A DNA stretch of 64,000 bases from an uncultured Ignavibacteriaceae bacterium (GTDB taxonomy: Bacteria; Bacteroidota; Ignavibacteria; UBA10030), in assembly GCA_964473365.1 (NCBI GenBank), contig CAYYOV010000007.1:5015-69014 (forward strand). Direction: 5' to 3'. The translations under genes and the position numbers were made by a program. The notes beneath the pieces were generated by a model that was given only the letters and a program-made list of their open reading frames with translations, was not told the DNA's origin and ran no database searches. Every line of letters begins with the position of its first letter. The stretch's first letter is position 1. Positions 44,495-52,856 of this stretch are shown in pieces.

Positions 44495-46696
44495 ATGACC
44501 TCCTACGATTTCAAGAAGAAGATCCTTCCGTGGCTCGTCAAGGCCGGCATTGGCCTGGGCATCGGTCTCCTTGTCGTCCTTCTGACGTCGGGCTGGCTGT
44601 TTGAGATCACGGTTCTGCGGAATATCGAGCTCCTCACAATCGACTACCGCTTCCAGAACCGCTACGACCCAGTCGCCGCCGCGCAGATGAAGGACCGTGC
44701 CGACGTCGTCATCGTGGGCATCTCCGACGACGATCTCAAGGCCCTGCCGGAGGCGTTCCCGTTCCCGCGGTCCTACTACGCCCATCTGATCGAGAACCTC
44801 AACCGCGCCGGCGCGCGGGCGATCGTGTTCGATATCACCTTTGAAACCGCACGCGACGGTGACTCCGTGATGGCCGCCGTGCTTTCGCGTGCGCCCAATG
44901 TCGTTCTCGCCGCCAAGGTTCAGACCGGCGCGGGAAGCGAATATGCAGAGGTCCGGTCGCTCGAGAAGACCTACAACAACGTCTTCTTCAAGGACAACAA
45001 GAACATCGGCGTCGGGATCGTCAACATTATCAAGGACCGCGACGACGTCTGTCGTCGCTACATGCCGATGATCGTGGCCGAGGGCGAGCTGACGCCCACG
45101 CTTGCATTTGCCGCGCTCAACAAGGCCTACCGGCTGAAGCCGATGACCGTGGTGGCGCTCGGTGAGGGAGAGTTCATCTATCGCGATCGTCGGATCCCGC
45201 GGTTCAACGCGTCGGACTTCCTGCTCGACTACTACGGACCGGTCGAGACCTTCCGGTACGTGCCATTCTCGCAGGTGATCGACGACGAGCAGTTTCAGAC
45301 GAAGGACGAGATCGAGCTCGAGGAGGACATCAACGCGTTCGACGAATCGACCGCCCGGTTGTTCCGGAACAAGATCGTGCTCGTCGGCTCCCTCATGGCT
45401 GAAGAGCGGGACTATCATAACACTCCGCTTTACAAGGACGACGGCGGCAAGAAGAACTTCGCCATGCATGGGGTCGAGATCCACGCCACCGCCATTCAGA
45501 ATGTTCTCGATCAACGCTTCGTGAGCGTCCTCGACCCGACGCTGGGGATGGGTTTGATCCTCGTGCTCTCCCTTGTGGCGTTCATCGGATTTGTGGCCTT
45601 GAAGTCGATCAAGGTCCGCTACGTCTGGGCCCTGGAGGTCGGCGTCGTACTCCTCGTGCTCCTCCTCATCTTTGGGGTGTTCGAGGCGGGAGTGGTGATC
45701 TTCGGATCGAGCGGAATGTTGATCAACGTCGTCAACCCCAGCCTTGCGCTCGTCTTTACGTATTTCGGAACGGCAGTCTATCAGTACCTGGCCGAACGAC
45801 AGCAGAAGGCCATGATCAAGGGTGTCTTCTCGCATTATCTGAACCCCGCGGTCGTCAACATCCTGGTCAACGACCCGAGCAAGGCGAAGCTGGGCGGCGA
45901 TCTGCGCGACCTGACGATCTTCTTCTCCGACATCGCATCGTTCACGACCATCTCCGAGCACTACCACGGAAAGCCCGAAGGGCTCGTCGAGCTTCTGAAT
46001 GAATATCTTGAGGAGATGACGACGATCGTCCTCAAGTACGAAGGGACCCTCGATAAGTACATCGGTGACGCCATTATGGCATTCTGGGGTGCCCCAATTC
46101 CTCAGAAGGACCATGCGTTACGCGCCTGCTTGGCCGCGCTGGAAATGCAGGTGCGGCTTGGCGAGCTGCGCAAGAAGTGGAAGAAGGAAGGGCGCCCGGA
46201 GCTCGTTGCCCGTTGCGGCATCAACACCGGCTCCGTCATCGCGGGCAATATGGGGGGCAAGGACCGGTTCGACTACACCGTCATTGGTGACCCGGTCAAC
46301 CTCGCATCGCGACTGGAGGGGGCGAATAAGCAGTACGAATCGCTGATCATGATCAGCGAATTCACCCACAAGCTTGTCCAGAAGCATGTGACCGTACGCG
46401 AGCTCGACCTCATTCAAGTCAAGGGCAAGAACGAACCGGTCAAGGTGTTCGAACTCATGGGGCGGCACGATATGGCGCTGACGGACCAGCAAAAACAGGC
46501 TCTCGAGATCTATCACGAGGGTCTTCGTCTGTATCGTACACGTCAGTTCGACGAAGCCATCGCATATATGGACCAGGCGGTCAAGCTCGATCCGACCTGC
46601 CATGTCGCCCGGATCTACACGGAGCGGGCAAATCTCTACAAGATCGCTCCGCCGTCCGCCGACTGGAATGGCGTGTTCGTCATGACGACGAAGTGA
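44495..46696 (+). CDS. CHASE2 sensor domain-containing adenylate/guanylate cyclase (class III) with a C-terminal TPR-like tail
   Basis: N-terminal TM, an extracytoplasmic CHASE2 region and 3 TM helices. Cyclase catalytic motifs (FSDIASFTTISE ... KYIGDAIMAFWGAP ... RCGINTGSVIAGNMG). Confidence 0.8.
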   Translation: MTSYDFKKKILPWLVKAGIGLGIGLLVVLLTSGWLFEITVLRNIELLTIDYRFQNRYDPVAAAQMKDRADVVIVGISDDDLKALPEAFPFPRSYYAHLIENLNRAGARAIVFDITFETARDGDSVMAAVLSRAPNVVLAAKVQTGAGSEYAEVRSLEKTYNNVFFKDNKNIGVGIVNIIKDRDDVCRRYMPMIVAEGELTPTLAFAALNKAYRLKPMTVVALGEGEFIYRDRRIPRFNASDFLLDYYGPVETFRYVPFSQVIDDEQFQTKDEIELEEDINAFDESTARLFRNKIVLVGSLMAEERDYHNTPLYKDDGGKKNFAMHGVEIHATAIQNVLDQRFVSVLDPTLGMGLILVLSLVAFIGFVALKSIKVRYVWALEVGVVLLVLLLIFGVFEAGVVIFGSSGMLINVVNPSLALVFTYFGTAVYQYLAERQQKAMIKGVFSHYLNPAVVNILVNDPSKAKLGGDLRDLTIFFSDIASFTTISEHYHGKPEGLVELLNEYLEEMTTIVLKYEGTLDKYIGDAIMAFWGAPIPQKDHALRACLAALEMQVRLGELRKKWKKEGRPELVARCGINTGSVIAGNMGGKDRFDYTVIGDPVNLASRLEGANKQYESLIMISEFTHKLVQKHVTVRELDLIQVKGKNEPVKVFELMGRHDMALTDQQKQALEIYHEGLRLYRTRQFDEAIAYMDQAVKLDPTCHVARIYTERANLYKIAPPSADWNGVFVMTTK

Positions 46697-46720
46697 CCTG
46701 TTGGTTGGTCTGAGGACGTC

Positions 46721-46756
46721 AAAGCCCCGGGATCTTCCCGGGGCTTTGTGTTCTGT
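46721..46756. terminator. Bidirectional Rho-independent terminator between the convergent cyclase and DUF2079 genes
   Basis: aaagccccggg-atcttc-cccggggcttt is an 11-bp stem flanked by an A-run upstream and a T-containing run downstream. Confidence 0.75.
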
Positions 46757-46775
46757 CAAGATGCTGATCTCATCG

Positions 46776-48260
46776 CTAATGTGGCACTCGATAGACCTCG
46801 ATAGTCCCGGCCTGTGCCACCCGGGTGCCGAGAGCCCGCAAGCGCGACACGGTTGTCGCATAGACGTCCGGGATGACCACGTCGACGACAAAGTGGTCTC
46901 TTGTGGTGTCGATCACAGCATAGTCTGCACGTGCACCGGTCAACGGTGACGGCTCGAAGACCCCTGTTGGAAACGGCAGGATCGTTGAGCGACGGACGAA
47001 CGCCGAAGCGTTCACGCTGTTCTGAACCGAGAGGGCGGCATCGGGGGGGAGTGCAGCGGCGGCATTCTCGGCGTCGCTCAGTCGCCATCCCTCGAAGTAG
47101 CGCGCACCTCCATACATACCCTTGTTGAGGAGAAAGCGCCGCGCGAATGGCGCTGGCGCATCGGCCAGAAAGACCAACGCCGACGCTACAACCAGCGCCG
47201 CCGGTATCGAGCGCAGCCACATTGGCCGGATCCAAGTCGCCGCAGCGGCCCGTCCCCATCCCAACGCCAGAGAGACCATCACGAAGGGAATGACGCCAGC
47301 CGTATACTGCGTACAGGTACAGCTATGGGAGGGGTTGGTGCTGAGCATGACGAATCCAAGCGTGAATCCGGCCGGGATCAAGAATTCCCACCCCAGCAAG
47401 ATCAGCCCAAGGGTCGGGAGGAAGAGCAGCGCCAGATAACGGGCTTTGTACGTGTCGAAGGACGATGCGATCAGCGAGGGGTCCGTGAGAAGATTGCTTA
47501 GGATCTCCGATGCGCTGCCGCCGAGATGCTGAAAAGCCGGTAGGGCCGGCGCTCCTCCCGGCGTCACGGATGGAAGGTGTGTCCCGATCACCCACGTCCC
47601 CATCGCAGCCACAAATATTCCGGCACATGCCAATATCCATGATCGCTGGCGCGCAACCCCCACCCCCGCCAGAATCGCTGCGGTGATTGCGAAGTTCTCC
47701 TTTACAAGGCACATCAGGATCAAGCCGGCAAGCGTTCGACCCATCTTCCCCTCCAAGATCCCCCAGATTGCCAGCAGCGCGGCAGGAATCGCAACATGGT
47801 CCGTGTGAAAATCGAACAACGCCTGGAACCACATTGGACTGGACAGAAACAGGAGTGCGGGAAGGATGCTTCGGGCGGGAGGTGGCGCTAGTCGTGCTGT
47901 GATCCGTTCCAGCAGGGGGAATGCGAAGGCCAGTGTCACAGATTGAAGTGCCACCAACGTCAATGGAGACGGTATCACGCCATAGGCGAGCGCGTGGATG
48001 GCGAAGATCGGCTGGAGGTGAGTGTAGGGGATCGGTTCCGCCCATGCGGCGACGAGCACGGATCCGTCTCCATGCAGCAATCGGTAGGCGAAGTGCTCGA
48101 ACACGCCGAGATCGTAGAACGACGTGTGCAGGCCCACGTACCGCACGGACGCCATCGCGAACGTGACGACGGCGAAGACAGCGCCGAGGATCCACGCAAG
48201 CCGTCGAGGATCGATGGTCGCGAATCGCTCAACGATCTTGCTCTGAAGGTTTTGCGGCAT
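46776..48260 (-). CDS. DUF2079-family integral membrane protein (polysaccharide-related, GT-C-like topology)
   Basis: ~12 TM helices, with FYDLGVFEH near the N-terminus as in DUF2079 proteins. The start is ambiguous (48350, 48284 or 48260). I chose 48260 because it avoids overlap with the divergent flippase gene. Confidence 0.5.
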   Translation of the reverse strand: MPQNLQSKIVERFATIDPRRLAWILGAVFAVVTFAMASVRYVGLHTSFYDLGVFEHFAYRLLHGDGSVLVAAWAEPIPYTHLQPIFAIHALAYGVIPSPLTLVALQSVTLAFAFPLLERITARLAPPPARSILPALLFLSSPMWFQALFDFHTDHVAIPAALLAIWGILEGKMGRTLAGLILMCLVKENFAITAAILAGVGVARQRSWILACAGIFVAAMGTWVIGTHLPSVTPGGAPALPAFQHLGGSASEILSNLLTDPSLIASSFDTYKARYLALLFLPTLGLILLGWEFLIPAGFTLGFVMLSTNPSHSCTCTQYTAGVIPFVMVSLALGWGRAAAATWIRPMWLRSIPAALVVASALVFLADAPAPFARRFLLNKGMYGGARYFEGWRLSDAENAAAALPPDAALSVQNSVNASAFVRRSTILPFPTGVFEPSPLTGARADYAVIDTTRDHFVVDVVIPDVYATTVSRLRALGTRVAQAGTIEVYRVPH

Positions 48261-48319
48261 GGGTGACGGGAGTGTTCTTTGCATCAATGTAGAGATTTCT
48301 TGATATTCTCCCAATCGCC

Positions 48320-49774
48320 ATGCCCTCCCGACTCCAGGATACCGTAGCACGCAACACGGCTTTCCTGATTGTCGCCCAGGTCCTCGTCAAGCTCTTCGCC
48401 TTCGCGGCCGTCGTTCTTCTTGCCAATCAGCTCAACGTCGAAAGCTTCGGCCTCTTCAACTTCATTCTTGCCTTTGCCTCGCTCTTTGTACCGCTGGCCG
48501 ATCTTGGCGTCGACACCTTTCTCGTCCGGGAGTTGGCGGCCCATCCCGATCGCCGGCCGGCGCTCGCCGGCACAGCCATCCGGCTGAAGTTGCTCTCCGG
48601 CCTGCTGACCCTCGCGTTGATCCTGGTTGTGTATTCGTTCGTCCCGAAAGACGATGTGCCGGCGGGTCTCATGGCGCTGGCAGCCATGCTCATTGTGCTT
48701 CGGACCGTTCCAGGAACGCTGAGCGCCTTCTTCCGCGCGCAGCAATTGATGGGGTCGGATTCCCTTATTCAGGTCGGGGCGAAGGTGTTCGAATTCCTCG
48801 CGATCGGAACCGCCCTCCTGCTCGAATCCTCTCTCTGGGGCCTCTACGCGCTCCTGATCGCGGGAAGCCTGGTTCAACTGGGCGCGTCGGTATGGATGGC
48901 CTACCGTCGGGGGTATCTGTCCGGCACGCTCATCGACACGGAGACGGCGCGTCTTTTGGTGCGGGGCGGGCTTCCGTTCGCCGCTACCGGCATTTCAGTG
49001 ATGATCTATTTTCACGTCGACGCCGTGCTGCTCACGTACCTTGTCGGTGAGGCGGAGACCGGGTTGTATCGGGCCGCAACGAATATCATGTTTGCCGCCA
49101 GCGGTTTTTCGGCGGCGATCGTGCTGGCGCTCTTCCCGATGGTGGCGGAACAGCACGAACGGAATCGGGATGAGACCATCCGCCTTGCGTCGAACGCCGT
49201 CACGTACTCTCTGTTCCTGGCGTTGCCGATGGCTGTCGGAGGGGCTGCCCTTGCACCTTCGCTTATCGGGGCCCTCTATCGATCCACCTACAATGCTGCC
49301 GGCCCCGTGTTGATGGTGTTGCTCTGGTGGCTTCCCCTGTCCTTCGTCACGAACGTGTTCGGTCATGTGTTGGGTGCGATCGGGCGACAATCCACGGTCC
49401 TTCGGATCACGCTGATCAACGCCGCGTTCAATGTCCTGCTCAACCTCATCCTGATCCCTCGTCTCGGCGCACTGGGAGCAGCGATCACGACCGTCGCAAC
49501 TGAACTGCTTGGCCTGATACTGATCCGTGGCGTCGTCATGCGCGTGTTCGGACGCATGATCGATCCCGCCCGGCTCATTCGTATTCTGGTCGCGTCCGCT
49601 CCCCTGGCGCTGCTCGTATTCCTGAACGGGGTGTGGCCTCCGGTCCTGTTGGTGCTCTTCGGTGTTCTTCTCTATGTTGCCGCGGCCTTCGCTGTTGGTG
49701 CGATGTCCATGGCTGAACTTCGCTACCTCATCTCGCTGGCCCGCCGAACAACCGAGCCCGCTGGCCCCACATGA
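48320..49774 (+). CDS. Polysaccharide/oligosaccharide flippase (MOP superfamily, Wzx-like)
   Basis: 14 predicted TM helices. The N-terminal NTAFLIVAQVLVKLFAFAAVVLLANQL...FGLFNF pattern is typical of Polysacc_synt/Wzx proteins. Confidence 0.65.
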   Translation: MPSRLQDTVARNTAFLIVAQVLVKLFAFAAVVLLANQLNVESFGLFNFILAFASLFVPLADLGVDTFLVRELAAHPDRRPALAGTAIRLKLLSGLLTLALILVVYSFVPKDDVPAGLMALAAMLIVLRTVPGTLSAFFRAQQLMGSDSLIQVGAKVFEFLAIGTALLLESSLWGLYALLIAGSLVQLGASVWMAYRRGYLSGTLIDTETARLLVRGGLPFAATGISVMIYFHVDAVLLTYLVGEAETGLYRAATNIMFAASGFSAAIVLALFPMVAEQHERNRDETIRLASNAVTYSLFLALPMAVGGAALAPSLIGALYRSTYNAAGPVLMVLLWWLPLSFVTNVFGHVLGAIGRQSTVLRITLINAAFNVLLNLILIPRLGALGAAITTVATELLGLILIRGVVMRVFGRMIDPARLIRILVASAPLALLVFLNGVWPPVLLVLFGVLLYVAAAFAVGAMSMAELRYLISLARRTTEPAGPT

Positions 49775-50970
49775 TCGACTCCCGCACGACCGTTCTCATT
49801 GACGCCCGGGCCCGCCAGGATGGCTTCAAGAGCCACAAGCACCGGGGCATCGGTCAATATGCCAGACGATTGCTCGAGGGCGTGCAGGCGGCTCGACTCC
49901 CGTTCGGCGTGTCCTATCTCGTCGATTCCGCGCTTCCCCTCGACCCGATCCACGACGGCGTCCCTCTTGTGCGCTACCGCTCCTGGACGTCCTCCCGATC
50001 GCTCCGTTTCTTTGAACCTCAGCTCCGATTGCCGCACGCGATCAACCGTGCTCGACCGGTCGTGACCCACTTTCTTGCTCATGATGATGCGGCGTACCGG
50101 GTCCGGTCCCCGTATATCGTCACGGTGCACGACACGGTTTCGTTCGACGCTTCCGAGCTCTATGGTCCGGTACAAAAGGCCAGAAACAACCTCGTCGGCT
50201 GGTTCGGCCGGCGTAACATCGAGCGCGCATCATTCATCATCGCCGATTCCCACCACACGGAGAAGGACATCCTCCGCCGCTTCCGTGTCAACCCCGAACG
50301 GATTCGCGTCGTTCACCTGGCCGCGGATGAGGGTCTTTTTGTCCCCGTCACACCCGAGCGCATCGAGGAGGTCCGCAGGCGCCTGTCACTGCCATCGCGA
50401 TTCATCCTCTATGTCGGGGGCATTGACCCGCGCAAGAATGTTCCCGGCCTGCTTCGGGCCCTCGCGTCGTTCCACAGCACCGATCTCGACGACGTTCAAC
50501 TGTTGATGGCCGGTAATATCCGTTCGCAGGCAGAATTTCCAGAGATCGACGGCCTGATACGATCGGAGCGACTTGGCGATCGCGTACGGTACCTCGGGTT
50601 TGTCGACGATGCGACCCTTGCTGCCTTGTACGTATCGTGCAGCGTATTCGCATTCCCGAGCTTCTACGAGGGCTTCGGGCTTCCCGTTCTGGAGGCCATG
50701 GCCTCCGGTGCCGCGGTCGTTACGACGCGGCGATCATCGATACCGGAGTTGGGGGGAGAGTCGGTCCTGTATATCGAACCCGATGATGTTGGTGACATCG
50801 CTCGCGGTCTTCGCGATGTGATCACGCGGGAAGAGCTCCGCGTCGCTCTGCGAACCGCCGGGCCGCGGCAGGCGCGTCTCTTTTCGTGGGATCGAACGGT
50901 GCGCGAAACGATCGAGGTCTACCAGCGGCTCCTCGGCGAGCAACAGAACGGGGGTGGGCTGGGCGGCTGA
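49771..50970 (+). CDS. GT4 (group 1) glycosyltransferase
   Basis: The C-terminal E-x7-E region (PSFYEGFGLPVLEAMASGAAVV) is the GT4 signature. The start overlaps the flippase stop (ATGA). Confidence 0.7.
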   Translation: MIDSRTTVLIDARARQDGFKSHKHRGIGQYARRLLEGVQAARLPFGVSYLVDSALPLDPIHDGVPLVRYRSWTSSRSLRFFEPQLRLPHAINRARPVVTHFLAHDDAAYRVRSPYIVTVHDTVSFDASELYGPVQKARNNLVGWFGRRNIERASFIIADSHHTEKDILRRFRVNPERIRVVHLAADEGLFVPVTPERIEEVRRRLSLPSRFILYVGGIDPRKNVPGLLRALASFHSTDLDDVQLLMAGNIRSQAEFPEIDGLIRSERLGDRVRYLGFVDDATLAALYVSCSVFAFPSFYEGFGLPVLEAMASGAAVVTTRRSSIPELGGESVLYIEPDDVGDIARGLRDVITREELRVALRTAGPRQARLFSWDRTVRETIEVYQRLLGEQQNGGGLGG

Positions 50971-51074
50971 TCGCCCCGTTGTTGGGCTGCTTGTGATCAC
51001 GAAAAACCCCCACGTCGAACATGCGGCGTGGGGGTCTCTTGTTTGGCGCAGCTGCTGACGGCTGACACAGGGCT

Positions 51075-52094
51075 CTATTCTGAAGCGGACCTTGCGAATC
51101 GCTCCTCCTGAAGCAAGATGCGGAGCGAGATCCGGTGCGTCGACCCAAGGTCGTTGTTTGCTCCAAAGCCTGTAAACGAATAGTCGAGGTCGAGCTTGCG
51201 CAGATGGAGGCCGGCACCGACGGACAATTGTCGAAGGTCGTTCATCCCGCCCCGCACCGCCACCGTCTGACGATAATCGAACTCAAGCCCGAGGCGTGGA
51301 TCGATGCTGATGGGGCCGAGATGCGCCGTCGACGCGAAGCGTCGACCTTCAAAGCGCACATCGGCATCCACCGCGGGGCTCAGCACGCCTCCGAAGAGGT
51401 CGATCGAAGCTGCCGCCCCAACCTTGAGTGTCGGAGAGATCAATTCGTTGCGTCCCGTTGACCAAGCGACAAGCGAGGTCGTCGCGTCCTGCAGGTTCGC
51501 TCCCAACACAACCCGCTCTGCCGCCCGATATCGCACGCCGACGTCGAACCCGATCCCGGTGGCCGTCGCGTCGCCGAGTCCCCGGCGGATCAGTTTGACG
51601 TTGAGACCATACGACAGATCGTCCGAGCTGCGTTGAGCGTATGTCACGAACGCGGCCCAGTCGGCAGAGTTGAAATAGGTGATACGCGAATAGTCGATCC
51701 GGTCTCCCGGGTCCAGTTGACCGTTTCCGTTCTGGTCGATGAGAGCGTTGCGTGTATCCGGGATGCCATCGACGCCAAGCCGGAGCACCGTGAGGGCCAC
51801 GCTTGCATCCGGTCCATACGGGATCGCCACGGCCGCAACATCATAGTTGACAAGCCCTGCAAACCGTTCGTCGTGCATCAGAAAGACCTCGGGATACTCG
51901 AGGGCTGCCGCGGCCGCCGGATTCCAATAGCCCGCCGTCGCATCGTTGGCGAGCGCGACGTACGCTCCCCCCAACCCCATGGCTCGACCGCCGACGCCGA
52001 TGGCGAGGAATTCTCCGGCATATTTGGCGACCGACTGCGCCGTCAACGATGCGGGAAGCAGGATGATAGTCAGGAGTAATGAGCGAAGCTTCAC
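51075..52094 (-). CDS. Outer membrane beta-barrel protein of the PorV/PorQ (T9SS-associated, FadL-like) family; subfamily uncertain
   Basis: Signal peptide. The N-terminal AGEFLAIGVGGRAMGLGGAYVALANDATAGYWNPAAAA strongly resembles the conserved N-terminal block of PorV/PorQ-type proteins. ~340 aa with C-terminal F/S-rich strands. No other T9SS component is in the window. Confidence 0.5.
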   Translation of the reverse strand: MKLRSLLLTIILLPASLTAQSVAKYAGEFLAIGVGGRAMGLGGAYVALANDATAGYWNPAAAAALEYPEVFLMHDERFAGLVNYDVAAVAIPYGPDASVALTVLRLGVDGIPDTRNALIDQNGNGQLDPGDRIDYSRITYFNSADWAAFVTYAQRSSDDLSYGLNVKLIRRGLGDATATGIGFDVGVRYRAAERVVLGANLQDATTSLVAWSTGRNELISPTLKVGAAASIDLFGGVLSPAVDADVRFEGRRFASTAHLGPISIDPRLGLEFDYRQTVAVRGGMNDLRQLSVGAGLHLRKLDLDYSFTGFGANNDLGSTHRISLRILLQEERFARSASE

Positions 52095-52261
52095 ACAACC
52101 TCCAAAGACACGACGACCGAACCTCCGCGCCAGGGCAGAGATCCGGTCTGGCAGACGGAGACAGCGCGAGCGTTACGTACGACCACAGCACTCACACTGT
52201 CACAAACGTCCGATAGGCGGCCTTCCTTTCTGTTCCAACGTACGATTCCGACCCCGAAGAA

Positions 52262-52753
52262 TCAAGGCGACCCGGCGACGACCGCCGCCGTGCCGTCCCA
52301 CCGCACGCGCAGCCGCTCAAGCGGAACGACGACCCGCCCTGCCGACGGGTCCCGAAGATGGGCCCCGGCCGAGGTCACCGAGTCGAACACGACAAAGTGA
52401 TCGCCGTCAACCCACAGGATGGCTGGAGTGCGGATCAGGCGCAGCGTATCCAGGCGGAGTCGCCACGCCTCGAGCGGCACACCGAACGCGGCGGAGGTTT
52501 CCAGGAGCGTTGAAAGTGTGACTCCGTCGGGGCCGGGCGCCATTAGGAGCGCCAATTCTCCCTCGGTTGTCGGACGGCCTTGATGCATCAAGAGCATGGC
52601 CAGCGCTGCGGGACCGCACGTATTGCGTCGGGATTGGCGTATCGCGTCAGCTCCGCCCATCGCGATACGCTGATCGGATGACCGTTCACAGCCGGTGGTA
52701 AGCACGATCACCGCGAAGAGGAGCGTGTGCAGATGAATGGGCATGCGTGACAT
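52262..52753 (-). CDS. Peptidase C39-like domain lipoprotein (papain-like Cys peptidase, bacteriocin-processing-type fold), stand-alone
   Basis: Lipobox (VLTTGC). NTCGPAALAMLL holds the putative catalytic Cys and DGDHFVVFD the His, matching the C39 Cys/His spacing. No ABC transporter domain is attached. Confidence 0.55.
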   Translation of the reverse strand: MSRMPIHLHTLLFAVIVLTTGCERSSDQRIAMGGADAIRQSRRNTCGPAALAMLLMHQGRPTTEGELALLMAPGPDGVTLSTLLETSAAFGVPLEAWRLRLDTLRLIRTPAILWVDGDHFVVFDSVTSAGAHLRDPSAGRVVVPLERLRVRWDGTAAVVAGSP

Positions 52754-52856
52754 GCGTTGATGGCCGTGTGCGATCGCTCTCCGGCCAACCGTACCCCTCT
52801 GTGAGGTGCCGACCGCCTCAGCGGTCGTGTAATGCTGTCGAGCTCGAAAAGCCGCT

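Noticed and set aside
44297-46114. 605-aa minus-strand ORF antisense to the CHASE2 cyclase. Similar antisense ORFs are 832..2061, 4764..5780, 15198..16340, 36475..37719, 37338..38309, 53748..54710, 59799..60944 and 21362..22504.
   Set aside because: Each lies opposite a confidently assigned gene. All have Arg/Asp/His-rich low-complexity translations without motifs. This is the expected behaviour of high-GC DNA with few stop codons on the antisense strand.
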